From Orbicella franksi (lineage: Eukaryota), in the NCBI GenBank assembly GCA_964199315.1, contig OZ116710.1:17484001-17548000 (forward strand): a stretch of 64,000 nucleotides of DNA, written 5' to 3'. Both the position numbers and the translations under genes were made by a program. The notes beneath the pieces were generated by a model. The model ran no database searches, was not told the DNA's origin, and saw nothing but the letters and a program-made list of their open reading frames with translations. This document shows positions 37,836-52,200 of this stretch, one piece after another (within the stretch, counting starts at the first letter, position 1; each line of letters starts with the position of its first letter).

Positions 37836-40800
37836 ATGACAGATATACCAAGTCCACTTGCGGTTGCATGGTATCTTGAACCCCGTGGTGTCCAGATTGC
37901 TTCAATCTCAATTGGTCGCGTTTTCGACAAAGTTTATTTTCATGGTCTACTACTCAAACCCGGTTTAATTATCTGCTCTCGTCGTTCGACTTCTCTCGGG
38001 GTTGCTATATTGAAGCAAGTGAAACGAGGAACACACGCGGTTGTCTTGCCGTTCGATGCAAACGTCCAAATCAGCGATTATTTCACCCTATGCTGTGATG
38101 TCTCGTCAAATCGATCCTGGCCCAGTGGAAAGACAGACGCTACTCAGAACTACTACCCAGAACATTACTCATGGCAAACGCTCAAGTATGATTGTTCACA
38201 TCAATACCAGAAGTATACTAAAGCACATGGATGAATTAAGGTTGACTTTTGGTGATGTTTATCCTTGAATTATCGCAATAACGGAGAGCTGGCTGGACGA
38301 TTCTGTCGCGGACTCTGAAATCTCAATTCTTAACTACTCGTTAGAACGTCTAGACTGAAGCACAAATCAACGAGGAGGAGGAGTAGCGTTTTATTTACTG
38401 GATGGTTTGAAATATAGTCGTCGAAGAGACTTAGAGGCAGAGTCGGAAGCAATTTGGATTCAAGCTAAATTATGCAACACCAATTTCTTAATTGGATGCA
38501 TCTACAGAGCCCCAAACGAATCTCTGGAGGTTTTCAACTACATGGATGATGCGTTGAGATATGCTACACGAAATAACCTCGAAGTCATTATCCTAGGTGA
38601 TTTAAATTGCGATTGCCTTAACACCTCTCTTCAACAAACAACAAGATTACAGGAATTTCTTATGGCCAACGAACTAGAACAGTTGATAAAAGAGCCTTAC
38701 CGTGTAACACGCAGCACAAAAAGTCTTATTGATGTACTCATCACCTCCACGCCCAATTTGTTTAAAGCTTCCGGCGCTCTGAGCACAGCCTTCAGTGACC
38801 ATTATCCCATTTATGGAATAATGAAATGCCCCGCGGCCCGTCCAACAAAACATCGAATTATTAAAACGCGATCATGGAAGGAAAGCAGTATGAAAGATTT
38901 TCTCTCTGAATTGGAAAAAACCCTCTGGAGTTTTCTCGATTGTTTTGACGACATCGACGACACGTATTCTGCCTGGGAATCCTTATTCAAGTCTCTTATT
39001 GATTGTCACTTCCCTACAAAACTAAAGCGAGTACGAAAACAGACACACCCGTAGCTTGATAGTTCTGTTCTTCGACTTATGAGGCAAAGAGATCAGCTAC
39101 ACAAAAAGGCAATTAAACATGGACTGTCCACAGATTGGAATGAGTTCAAACGCCTCCGTAACATGGTAACGAGCATTAACAGGAAAAGAAGAAAGAATTT
39201 CTTTGCTTACAAACTTGAAGAGAACCGTGGAAATCCAAAAGCGTATTGGAGAACATTGAGGCAAATTCTACCATCTAAAAGCAAAATATCTGGAACCGAA
39301 AAGTTGGTTGTTGACGAAATAGAACTGAATGATGGGCTCGACATAGCCAGCTCCTTCAACGAATATTTTACAAACGTAGCCTCTACGCTGCTTGAGAACA
39401 GACCATCACCTGGCATACAACAACCAGTACCCCAGTCCCAGACTCCATCTAAGATTTTCAGCCTACCTATTATCAACGAGTGGGACATGTTTAAAGCATT
39501 GAGTACTACGAATCACACAAAGGCAACTGGTACAGACAACATTCCAGCCAAAGCTTTGAAGATTGCCGCTCCGCATATCAGTATAGTTCTAGCCAAGATC
39601 TTCAACCTATTATACAGCACTGGTCACTTCCCCTCCTCTTTTAAAGTGGCTAAAGTAACACCTATTTTCATGGGTGGCTGTAAAACAGAACGCGACAATT
39701 ACAGATCTATATCAGTGCTTCCGTGCATCTCGAAGATCTTTGAAGCGTTTACGAACAATGCTCTAACAAACTTTGCACTCGAAGCTGGAATGATAAAACA
39801 ACATCAGTTTGCCTTTATGAAACACTCGTCAACAACAATCGCCCTTATTAAAGCGGTAGATTCATGGAAAATGGCAATTGACAATACCAAGAAAGTTGTA
39901 TGTGCTTTTCTCGACCTGAGGAAAGCATTTGACACCATTGATCACAACATCCTACTACAGAAACTTTCAAAACATCTACATGGGAAGGAGTATGAGTGGT
40001 TCAGAAGCTACCTATCGGAGAGATCTCAATATGTCAGCTGCAATGGAATTAAGTCTGAATAGCAACAAATCACCCATGGAGTCCCCCAAAGCTCTGTCTT
40101 AGGACCGACCTTATTTAATATACATATAAACGATATATCCAGTGCTTGTAAAAACAGCAAAGTCATTCTTTATGCCGATGACACTGAATTTCATGCAAGT
40201 TCCAATGATGTTGGTGCTGCTGAACAGTGTGTTAACGATGATCTTAATCAAGTAAGCGTTTGGTTGCGCCGCAACGGTCTCATCAGCAACCATAAAAAGT
40301 CCGAGGCTATGCTAGTTGGATCAAGATATTCGGTAGCTAACACTCGTGACTTACAAGTGAAACTAGACGGAAAGCTGTTGAAACAAAGTGAACATTGCAA
40401 ATGTTTAGGTGTATATATGGACAGTTGCCTAACCTGGAATAAGCACATTACGTATATTGCATCGAGAGTATATCCTAAACTCAAAATGTTAAACAGGATC
40501 GCACCCTTTCTTAGCCAAAGAGTTCTACTGAACATTTGTAAACAAACTATATTACCCATCCTAGATTACGGGTGTATCATATGGGGTGTTTGTGGAAAAA
40601 GTAATTCATGACGATTAGAGAGATTACAGAATCAGGCCATGCGTATTATTCTTGCTGCGAATCGCAGAACGTGCTCAAAGGATATGCGTAACAGGCTATA
40701 TCTGCTATCCTTAGATAGTAAGACGGCGGTTTTTGAAGCTACAATTAGCGTTTAAGATCGTACACAATGTTCACTGTCCACACCAGTTAGAGGGATATCT

Positions 40801-41295
40801 TGTTAAGAGGTCTGATCTGCATGGAAGAATACTTAAAGACTCAACACTTTTAAACGTCACACCATCTAAGACGAAAATGGGTCAGTCTACTTTCAAGCGT
40901 GACGCTGCACGAGAATGGAACCGATTACCAAGAGAGATCAGAGAATTAAACACTCTTTCTAAGTTTAAAACACATATTTTTAAGCATTTTATGGATCAAG
41001 ACCGTATCAATCATGTATGTACCGTAAATTAGGTTCAAATTTTTGCTTGTCTGTTTGTTGTTGCTGCTCTTCTTTTTAAATGCTTGTTTTTATATAATCT
41101 CCACAATGGTTGTAATTCTTAATGTCAACGTTTACTATATATATCTTCTTGGTTTTTTTTGTTTTAAAGTACAATTTTATGAATAGCAGTATTGTATATG
41201 TAAATGCTGATCTCCAGTTAATACCAGTGATCCAGTGATCACTGACTGGCCTTTCAGGTTAAATAAAGTCTTTTATTTTATTTATTCATTTATTT
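37836..41295 (+). mobile_element. L2/CR1-group non-LTR retrotransposon ORF2 (APE + RT), inactive; 5' end not defined
   Basis: APE: HINTRS, ITESWL, RGGGV, IYRAPN, ILGDLN, IDVLIT, SDHYPI. RT: FLDLRKAFDTIDH, GVPQSSVLGP, LYADDT. Stops at 39052, 40060 and 40609 plus a frameshift; AATAAA and T/A-rich tail at about 41262-41295. Confidence 0.9.
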
Positions 41296-41531
41296 ATGTT
41301 TTCGTACAAAATATTCGAACGTACAAAGCAAAGCAAAGCACTTTTCAAGCCTAAACTTTTGGCCCAGAAATCTAGTATTGCCATTTTCCGCCGAACCAAA
41401 AACCACATACCGATGACGAGTTCAAAATTGACTACTAACGGCCGGGGTTTGAGGAAATTTGGATTGTACATTTTCCCGCTAATTTCCGATTTTGCTTGAT
41501 TCTTGCTGACACTCACTCTTAAGGCATCTTA

Positions 41532-41958
41532 TGCCCGGGTCTAATGCCATACTTCACATGAGCCGAACCCAATTTAACCTATTAGGTTCATGTGAAGTTC
41601 GGCGTTTGACCCAATTAAGTTCGACTGGTTCTATTTGGAACCGCTGAGGCGTTCTTCACGCCTGGCCAGCCGTGAATAACGCCTGAAGACCTACTTTGGG
41701 TTAAACGCCGATCTTCACATGAGTCGAACCAAACGCATAATCAAAGGTCTAGGTCTAAAGGCGTCATTTTAAACTTTACCTTGAAAAACCACTGACCAAT
41801 TGCAACAAGACCGCTTTTGTTATTTGTTTGGTGTAGCAGTTTTGTTCGACTGAATTAAGTTCAACGTTTGACTCAAACAGGCGTTCTTACAATTATTTCA
41901 GTCGACCCAAACTTTCATTAGGCTCGGCTCATGTGAAGTACGGCGTTTGACCCGGGCC
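41532..41958. mobile_element. Harbinger-type MITE
   Basis: TIR GCCCGGGTC.AA.GCC.TACTTCACATGAGCCGA at both ends; flanked by TTA and TAA. Confidence 0.75.
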
Positions 41959-44490
41959 TAACAGTATCCACCAGACAGTCTTTTTTAACATTTTTTTCCC
42001 AAATGTCGTATTCCCAATCTGTCAGAAGAATGTTGAAATTTGAGAAGCAAAATTTTATAATACCTGCCTTCTCCTAAAAAAGCGGTCCAAATAAAGCTAA
42101 GAAAAAGAGAAGGCAGAATACATCCAGGACCTTCTTGTCATGGAGATTAACACGGGAAAGCCTAAGTTCTAAGTTCTAGCTTGTTGGCGCGATGCCTATT
42201 ATTAAGTTTGCGTCGCTTGATTATTGGCGCTACATGTTTATCAGCCGCGACTTAATTGTCACCTGATTTCTTCCAAAATAGTTATTTTCCTAAACGGCTT
42301 AGGCAAACTTCCTCGTTATTGTTCAAATGGCTTGAAAATTTATAAGTAATAAGAAGGCAGGAGAAAATTCAAATTTAGTAACGAAAATCGAGAATTCTCC
42401 CCTAGCACAGATGAATCCTCCCGTTGAAACGGAGGAATGGAAAGAGCTTCCGATGAAATCTCGTGAGAAGAATTTATCACATACTGACATAAGATTGAGG
42501 TTTACTGTACATAACTTAACAATATATTAGTGAACAAAATACCTCAAAATTAAGAGTGATTGTTCATGTCGGTTGTAGTACAATGTTTGAGTTTCGTAAT
42601 CGTTATAAAGGCGACTTTTAACGTACGTTTAAATTTTGGAAAATTGAACTAAAATTTGCAATAAACATTTCCTGAAGTAACACAGGCGAGTATCTGAGAA
42701 GCCAAATAAATGATGAAATCCGTGAAGAGTTCAGTTTTCATGATTAAAATACTGAAATTTTTGCCCGAATTATAACAGGAAATAACATATTTTGTTCATT
42801 ATCTCAGCCATTCAAAACAGTTTAATCTTTATAATCTGCCTTAAACCTTTTCCCTTTCTTTAGAGCAGGTGACTGGAGACAAATGCCATCAACATCACTT
42901 ATTTTGTTAATCGATGTTTAATTCCGGTGATACAAAAGGAGGGAAGTATGGAAAAGCACATGCCAAGTCCAGAATTAAAAAAAAAAAATGAAATGGTCAA
43001 ATTTCAGTACCAAAGATAATAATAAACTAAAAAGCATTCTGTATTTGTGGGTCACTACTTGGCGAAAGGTCTCTAAGTTTAAATTAATATCATTATTGTT
43101 GTTGTTGTTATCAAAATCATATGAATGAGAGTGTGATTAAGGATTTACAGTACGAGTGATATTTCGAAAATTCTCAGCCTTTAGGAGAGCGCAATTTAAG
43201 AGAATTTTTTGAATATAAATTGAAAATGAAAATCGTAACCATTCAATAAATACAGCCAAGAAAAATTACAACAAAAATTGTTTGGAAAGGAAAAAATATA
43301 CGGCTAAAAGCGTGTATAATTCCGGTCTGATATGCCTACATCTGGACTGTGAAGAACGCATCTTTAGAAAATGCTGGTTGAATTTTATCCTGCTTATCAA
43401 AATTCGATAAAGATGAAAGGGTTTCCTCGTGTTGGTTTTGAAATAGAAGTACTTAAAGCTAAAGTCGTGTTGTTTAGTAGCTACTGTTGTCATGGTAACC
43501 TATTGTGTCATGAAAATGATAACAGCGTTTTCAGCAATGATTAGACAGTGTTTTGATACCATGATTGTAGCATCAACTGATGAAGAGTGGTTATAATGAC
43601 TCATCAAATTATTAGTCTTGGAAAGTGCTGGAAACTGTTTTGAGCTACCTTAAATCCACGCTAAAGTTATAACTCACGTGTTGCGCGAGAACGAAGCAAT
43701 AAATCACGAGAAATACGAAAAGGGGAAACGTTGACACAAAAACGAAATATGTTTCTCCGTCAAACATGTGCCAAGTCTTCCGTTTTTTCTTTTGTTTTAT
43801 TATTACTGTTGTTTAAAAAAAAAAACCTGTGTTTGTTTGTAACCTTCAAACATTTCCATCTGCTTTAAGGATCAAATAAACAAAATTTAAGTACTTATTT
43901 TAAATAAGTGACTAATTCCTTTGGAATATTATAATTCTTAATCATTTTTTAAGTGACAACTGACAACGAGTTACCAAAGACTATTTTAGCTCATAAATGC
44001 CGTAAATTTTATAAAAGGCTTCTTATCACTTCTTTTCGTCAAATTTAACGGTAAAGCCCACAGGAAGCACAACAATGGCCCTTGATTTTCCGATTTTTTG
44101 CTGTTGTGTTACACCTATTTCGTTAAATGTACACAGCAAGCTTTGACACTAGCTCTGAATCAGTTCAGCCCAAGTTTTTTGAGGCATAAACTTTTTATGA
44201 AGCTGTAGTTTGTTATTTGCGTTCTTAGACCAGGCCGATTCTTGTTCAAAACATTCGATAAGGTTATGATTACATTGAAATGATTACAAATGATTTCCTT
44301 TTAATGACGACTTTTAATTATGCGGCCAGGACAAAAACGAGGAAGTGAACACGAGTCGTTGAAAGGAACTCATAAAGTCTGTGCATGAAATCCCGCGGTT
44401 TCATAATCAATCGCTACTGATAAACGTATAGTTGCAAGTACTTCAACAGTTTGGTAAGAAATCGAGCGAGGAAACGAGGTCTTAAGCAAC

Positions 44491-46382
44491 ATGAGTGGTT
44501 CTAATAGCGCTTCTAAAAGTTTTGGTCCTAGTTTCACAGCGTCCCAGCCCAGTACCGTCTCTATTGCTTTACAAACCGCAGTTCTGAGCCCCACGTTCAT
44601 AGCGAGCTTCCTCGGTAACATTTCTGTTTGCCTGGTTATTTGTGGCACACGTTCCCTCCGACAAAGACCAAGCAGCTCTATTTTGGCCAGCTTAGCAATG
44701 TCTGACTTCTCCTTGCTGTCGTTTAATTTCTTCTCTCCCGTTTGATTTGGCTGTACGATTTTGAAGCAGCAAACAAAGCCTGCGAACATTTTCTACTGCT
44801 GTTTGGAGTACTCTTGTACGTCAGCATTTGTCATATTTGTCTTCTCCGTTGCGATCGCTACATTGCTATCATATATCCTCTGAGGTAGACTGAAATTGTC
44901 ACCAGAAGACGCGTGACGTTAGCCTTGTTGGTTGCCTGGGTTGCTCCTGTGATTTCCATGGTTGTCATTCCCCTGTTTTATGTTGACAGTAACAGCACTC
45001 AGTTTAAAACAAGCATCATAGGTTGCTCTGAGTTCACAAGCGAACATCTCTTGATACACAAAGTTCATATTGTTTTCAACAGCACCCTGTTCGTGGTGAT
45101 TCCATTATAGTTGTGGTGACGATTTTCGTCCATGGCCATATCGCCAAAATCTCATGGTCTCAGAGCAGCCGAGTTGAGCCTGGCGAAAACCTGAACCCGA
45201 AACTGCTGACTTAACAAGAAGGAAGCGAAAAGAGATGAAATGGATGAAGACAACAGGTAACTAGAGCCTTATTAACCCTAATAATACACGTCAAATTAAT
45301 TTTGCTAGTAATTTAAGTTCATTTTATCAACTTTACTTTAGTCCAGATAGTCATTCATTACTTTTCATCTGAATCACGTGTAATGTATTTATGGTGATAA
45401 CACATCACGTTCTTCTAGAATTAACCAAGAGCCCCATGCGTCATCTCCCGTCACATACACGTCGGTGGAGACCCCGTCAGTACACTAATCACGTGATACA
45501 AACACAATGCACGATTTTAATAACCGAAAAAAGCTGTTGTTCTGTGAGCTACAAATTTGGGTTCGATGATGAGAACAAGGAAGCATATTTTTTTTCAGAT
45601 AGTCATGAAATATGGCTTGTTTTAACTTTGTCAGTGAATAGCCTGGAAAAATCCTGAAAGAACCTCTGATTCAAAAGGAACAAACCCTCAAGTGTCGCCC
45701 ATATACATGCAGCGCCATGTTCAGTGCTTTTTTTTTTTTGCGGTTTTGAATGATTATCATGGTATTCCTTGATAATCATTTGAAATTCATTAAGAGTTTG
45801 GGCGGAAAAATAACATCTATCAGAATGATCAATCACCAGACAGGTGTGACTTTAAAAAATAGCTACTCAGAATGAGACAAAATGATATAGACCTCAAATA
45901 ATTTTGGTCGAGAGTAAGGATTTGTTTTCTTTCAGACTTCCTCGATCCTGGCCTAAGTTACATTTTTTAACCTGGTTTTGGTTTTTCTGTTGCTTTTTTC
46001 AGTTATCGCGATCGGTGCGTTCACCTTGTCCTATCTCCCAGGATTCATCTGTATATTGCTCACGATAAAACTTGGGCCCAGTCGAGTCCCCGACGCACTC
46101 CGCCATTCCGCCATCGTGTTGACGGCAATAAACAGCGCCCTCAACGCAGTTATTTACATGTTCAGATCCAACGAGTTCAGAATCGCCTTCAAGAAATTAT
46201 TCAGAGGTAGTTCGATTTCTCCGCTGCCGAGTGAAAGCAAAAAGAAAGCCCTTGCTGCTTGGTCACCTCTGGAAGTTTCCACGTGCAACCAACATGGTCG
46301 TCAGCCTTCATTTCCAACTGTTCCAACTGGAGATGTGAGAGCCTTAAGTTGTCGTTTACCGGCAAGCTCCAGCGGTGATTAG
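44491..46382 (+). pseudogene. GPCR G4, pseudogenised duplicate of G3
   Basis: Frameshift near 44725, TAC to TAG at 44886-44888, further indels near 45105 and 45198; splice sites 45256 and 46003 retained; exon 2 open. Confidence 0.92.
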
Positions 46383-46559
46383 CTCTGTCTGCCTGGGTGG
46401 TGTTAGAACCAGAGGAAATATTGACCGTGTTCTCCAACATTCAGTTTCCACTCGAAACTCGAGCTCTACATGCATTAAAATTTTTATTGTCTGGACAATA
46501 ATTTTATACGTAGCACCCCCTATTGGAATACCGTAGCCACCGTAGCTAGTTAAGTTTAA

Positions 46560-46847
46560 TTAGGAAAAAGCCATAAGAAAATACGCGCGCTGATTGGTTA
46601 AAAAATCGTGTTTCTATAACTCGATGGAAACACAGAATTAGCACGAGCTGTTGAAGTAATGATGGCGCGAGCAAAGAGAATTCACATTTTGATGATCAAC
46701 GTAAACACGCTGTTTTTCTTTTTTGTCGTCAAGGTGTTTTCTAAAAGAAATAGAAAACATGTTCTCCATGTTTCTATCGACTTATAGAAACACTCGTGAG
46801 AGTTTGGGAGAATTGGAAAAAACTGTGGAAACAATCGCCTGCAGTTC

Positions 46848-46878
<31 letters not shown>

Positions 46879-46932
46879 TTTCCACTCGTGTTTCTATAAC
46901 TCGATAGAAACACGGTAAATGTTTGCTATTCC
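46560..46932. mobile_element. MITE-like insertion downstream of G4
   Basis: Absent at the orthologous site after G3 (GTTTAAATATTAAC, about 34277); internal inverted GTTTCTAT/ATAGAAAC repeats. Confidence 0.65.
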
Positions 46933-49474
46933 TTAAATATTAACTGTGGGGCAGAATAAAGGGAATGAATGAGTTGCCAGTAATCGGATACCCGTGTTAT
47001 GCGCAAAGGACTCGGGGATCGTCAGGGGGCAAGTCGCTAGATGAAAATGTATAGCGAAAAGTTGTTTCTACATCCAAAAAACGATTTTGGGGAGAGACCA
47101 ATGCTTTTTCGCCGTTGTTTTATCGCAAATGGATTTGGGCAATGTTGATACATGGAAAATGTAAGTTTTGTTTGAATAACCGTGAAATAAGTGATAAAAT
47201 CTACCGATCAGTTTTTATGATGAGATCAGTTTTCATGATTTTGCGCCTAAATTATAACAGGAAATAGCATATTTTGTTCACTCTCTCAGCCATTCAAGAC
47301 AGTTTAATCTTTATAATCTGTCTTGAGCCTTTTTTCTTTTTTTTTTCAAAACAGGAGACTAGAGACAAATGCTGTTAATATCACTTATTTTGTTAATCGA
47401 TGTTTAATTCCAGCGTCACAAAGAGAGGGAAGTATGGAAAAGCGCATGCCAAGTTCAGAATTAACAAAAATATTCAATGAAATTTCAGTTTTAATGGCCA
47501 AAATTCAGTACCAAAAAGAACCAGAAATTTATAGGCTCGATAGCATTGTTTTTCCAAGTTTAAATTGATATTTATCACAAGATTATGATCTGAGAGAGCA
47601 CATACCCCGTGCATGGCCTCGTCCCATGATAATGTTTCTCAATGTTAATTTAGCGCTTGGTCATACTGCGAGGCTGGTTTAGGAAAGACATGTGATTGGC
47701 CAATCTAAATGACGTAAAAAAATACCGTAGGTCCTCGAATTTGTGCCCGGGGCGCTAATTTCAAATCTAGGAGAAGACGGGGGCACTGATTCGCTGTTTT
47801 AAAGCGAGGGTGGGGGAGGGGGGGGGGGTGGGGGAGGACGCTTATTTAATTTTTCCCAAATCGTGGTCAGATATGATCGGGGTTTTTTTTGTAATAAATG
47901 TGTGTGTCAGTCTCTTAGAAGGATCCTGTCTCTTTTGGAGAACTACGTGATATAACACCTTTGACCAGTCTAGTCATGCTACACAAGGTTGGCTGGGCTT
48001 CAGTCAGTGAATCAGTAGATCGTCAGTATCATCCGTTGCAATGGTCAATTCGTAGTGCTTGAATGAGTCGATAATGATTTGCTCGTGATTGTTCGTGATT
48101 GGACACGACCAAAACTATACATCTTTTGTTGTTTCAGTAACTCTTGCATAAAACAAGGGGAGGAGAGGGCGCGCCTATTCGAGAGGAGGCGCTTATTTTA
48201 AATTTTGGCCGATAGAGGGGTCGCTTATTCCAAGGGGCGCTTATTTGAAGGGAGACACAAATTCGAGGATTCATGGTGCCCAAAAAACGTTCGCCTGGAT
48301 TTTCGGAGCGCAATTTGTAAGGAAAGAGGAGCATAACATGTCCGGCGCTTTTAAAGAACTTTCCAAAGAGATATTTTTCGCTTTAATCCGTTAAGTACTC
48401 TTCGTGAAACTACTTTCGAGCGGGTTAGAATACAATTCCTGTCAGCTGCCAGTGCGCCTCATGTGAACCAGTCATGCAGAGAAATGACAAGACTTATTTT
48501 CGAAGTCAACATAGGATAAGCACATAAAAGATAATTTTCCTGCCGAGTGCTTTGAAAATGCTTTCCAAAGAGACCTCTATCGCGATCCAAACGGTGCGGT
48601 AGTTCCGGGGAAGCAGCTTTTTTTTCGCCGTGGACTTGCAAACCTTGGTAAATATTACACAGCACTTTCGAAGTTAAATATGCAAACATTTGCCCTCAGT
48701 GTAGTGCTCTACCAACTGAGCTGTCAAGCCAAGTGGGAGCTGGTCACGTTGTGAATTCGTAATATACCCGTAGATGGTGACGAATACAAGTGAAGCCATG
48801 ATTGATTATCGTGGCCAACTCCCAGATGAGCACTGTACTAATATCGATCTAGAGGTCATGGGTTCGAATCCCGTTCAAACCTGAATTTTTTCCAGGTTTC
48901 TAATTTCACAACTACTTAAGTTGTTTGTATAACTGCGATGATCAATCTTGTCTTCATATCATTCTCCGCAGTTCAAATACGTGATCCTTCTATCATATTC
49001 ATTTGAATACAAGTCTTGGCGCTGTGCCAGTAATCATTCGTGCAGGGGAATGATAAGACTACTATTTTAACTTCGGAGAAACACGTGTAAGATATTTTTC
49101 CTTCCCAGCGCTTTGAAAATGATTTCCAATGCAAACAGTATGGTATTAAAAAAAAGATTTTATTTCTCTGTTAACCGGTTAGATTTCTACTTTCGGATTT
49201 AAATGGACGCGACCCGAATGACTGTTGGGCATTGGCTGCGCAATGGGACCGAGTCTAATATACCTTTCACAGCGTAACGCGAAGATTAAAATAGATTGGA
49301 ATAGATTATCATAGACACGGGAATTTGTTCTCTCAGGATCATAATCTCTGGTATTAATACTGCTGTTGTTACTATTATCATATAAATTGTGGGGTTTTCA
49401 GCCGATTGCTTTGTTTTCGAGATGAGGCGTTTTGGAATTTGAGATTTGGAATTTTATCCTCGTATCTTCAGAAT

Positions 49475-51102
49475 TTAAGCCTGTGGAGGTGGTACTTCTT
49501 CCACATAAATCCGGGACACTGAGTTCCAACCCGTGTACGCGTCAGCAGATCCGTGATTAGCACAGTTACCAACCCAGAATCCCACGCGGACAGTGCCCTT
49601 GGCGATGTTCTCACACACTCCTTCGATGTGGCGAGGGCGGTGTAAATCTTTCTTGGCACCATTTCCGTGTACCATATAGACCACGCCATCAATCGCCTCT
49701 GGACCTGAGCACTCAGCTCCATTGAAGGTAAAATACCATCGTCTGCAGCAGTCATGGCAGTTATAGATGCGAAGATTGCCACTCCAGAAGACGCGCAGGC
49801 TTGTCTGGTCTGACGCTTTGTTGAAAAGACATTCCTGCAAATATTAATTGAACGGGAAATTTTGAACAGGAAGGGTGACCATGGGACGTTAAAATATAAG
49901 TTCAAATTTCTGAAAGAAAACGTTTCTTCAGCTCGGCCTGGATTCATAGCAGTACTTTTATCGTCGTCTACCTTGTTAACGAGTATAACATGGCACGGTC
50001 ATGTTTAGACACGAGATATTGTAATGGAAGCGTTGTAACTCGCTCTATGCTGCATATTTGTTAGTTGATTTCAGCTTAAAGGCAGTTGTAATGCATCATG
50101 GTATCTGTGCTATGGAATTATTCGAAAGTCCACGGTAACTTTATAAGAGTCCAAACTATGGCATAAGACCAAATTAACTTTTTAAGGCCCTTTCTTACAT
50201 ACCTACGAATAAATACAATCTGTGACAAACGAGGGTCACAAGAAAATAGCTTCCGAATTAATTTTAATGCTTTTGCTAGGCTGTGAAAGCGCCTACAGAA
50301 GAGTATATTACTCTGTATTTCACGACCAAGATGAAGGGCCGCCTGCACCTCTTCCAAGCCGTTAAATTGAATCGAGACTTTTCAGTTCAGTCATCTGTCT
50401 CACTAAACATATCTCACTGAAAAGGTAAAAATACAGTTGGCGAAGATAAAAAGATTAAAACAAACTCAAAAAAAACAAACAAACCCTTCAAGAATAAGAA
50501 ATTCAAGTTTAGGTGCTGGCGTGTTTCTTAGCAAGGAGTTCACTGGCAGCATACCAGTAACGCAATGTAGTCAAATGAGGTTGCCACAGTGCTATCCCTG
50601 TAGGAGACGTGTGCTAGTGTGATAGTTCGTTGGACCCCACTTGAAGCTGTCTAGGCTAGAAACCTCTTTTAAAAACTGGTGCTCTTGTGCTGTTAAGAAA
50701 CGTGACAAACTGCAGGTTGGGGGAAAAAGGGGTTAATTTGCGAGGGGCCAGAGAGCTGAAGAAGTGCATTGTATGATGGGTAAAAATGTCACACGAGATA
50801 GCCGAAAGAATGGTAAGTGTAACATTTAACTTGATCAATCCAGTATCCTTCCCGTCGTTAATATTTTTCCAAACACACTGTTTCCAGTTACTTGTCAGCG
50901 TCCCTGGAAGTCCCTGGGGGCCTGGAGGGCCTTGACTTCCTGGTTTGCCATCATAGCCTTGGTCTCCACGTTGTCCCATGGGTCCTTGCGGGCCGGACGA
51001 CCCCCCAGCACCTGCTGGTCCCGCGGGACCCGGGCTGCCAGGGATACCTGGGATTCCTGGTGCGCCACAACAGCAACTTTGACCGCAAGTCGGTTGAATT
51101 TC
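49475..51102 (-). pseudogene. CTHRC1: CTHRC1-like C2, splice donor destroyed (probable pseudogene)
   Basis: Exons 51102-50830 and 49834-49475 are both open, but the donor reads AAG|TTAAATG (A at 50829) versus AAG|GTAAATG in C1 and C3. Confidence 0.8.
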
Positions 51103-51589
51103 CTTGATGTAGAAAGCAAAATGAGCATTTGTTAGCTCATAAAAGTTGCTTTGGAGCACAGAACGGATACATCTATTCTTCCGTTCTTTCCGAATGGTCT
51201 CTGACCTCTTTGGTAGACTGGGAGACTGAATTTTTCATCCGAAAAAAAATATTAAGAGTTTCCTTTTATTACATTCATAATTGCAGCCATGACAAGAAAT
51301 TGAGCATCGGATGGGTTAATTAGACGTCTGTGGTCAAACCTAGCAGAAAAATTTCACAGGAGCGTGTAGAGTGGAGAGGTTGGTAACAATAATAGATATG
51401 TCATAATGTTTACTTTGATTTTAAAAATCATTTCTATTTACACGGCTAAAAAAGTTAAAAGTAAAAAACCGAACGTTTTCGACACTAGGTGATTTTCAGA
51501 TATCAGCACTTACTAAAGAAGAAGGGGAGTGTGACGCGGTCACTTAAGGGCGCGTTCCTCAGTACGGAGGGTTGATCATCCCAAGGGAC

Positions 51590-52200
51590 ACACATCAATT
51601 CGGTTTTGGTCATATTTAGAGTGAGTTTGCTTGCTATCAGCAAATTGTGAGCATTTTCTAAATCTTGATTTAGATGCAATTGAACATTGTCTGCACTATC
51701 CCCTGCATATGTAAGATTGTTGTCATCAGCGTACATCCTCGGTTCACAATTTGACAGACAGTTTGGAAGATCGTTGATATATAATAGAAATAGTAGTGCC
51801 CCAAAAATCCTCCCCTGGGGGACGTAACAACTTAATGAACAACTTTTAGAGAGCGACGCGTTGATGAGGCACATTTCAGTACGATTCTCTAAATATGACT
51901 GAAACCATTTGTGCGCGTTTCCATATATGCCGTGGTCTCTTAATTTTGACAAGAGGATCTCGTGGTCAGCTGTGGCGAAGACCTTTTTTTAGGTCTAAGA
52001 AAACAACGCATTGATTTTGCCGCAGTCAATGTTGTACGCCCAAGTGTCCGTGGCCTCAAGGAGAGCCGAGACAGTTGAGTGTATAGCACGAAAATCCGAT
52101 CGATATTTATAGATGATGTCATGCTCTTCTATGTAGGCGTATAATAATTATTGACCATAGACGATTCCTTCAAAGACCTTGGCCACAACTGAGATCACTT
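51590..52200 (-). pseudogene. LINE RT fragment (copy 2)
   Basis: Same endpoints and motifs as 23720-24322 (VPQG, YADD). Confidence 0.85.

Larger units (their letters stand above)
42208..46965 (+). repeat. Direct duplicate of 29200-34310 (shared upstream region plus plus-strand GPCR)
   Basis: Collinear similarity from the G2 5'-UTR motif TTGCGTCGCTTGATTA.TGGCGCT through the G3-like gene and its 3' flank. Confidence 0.85.
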
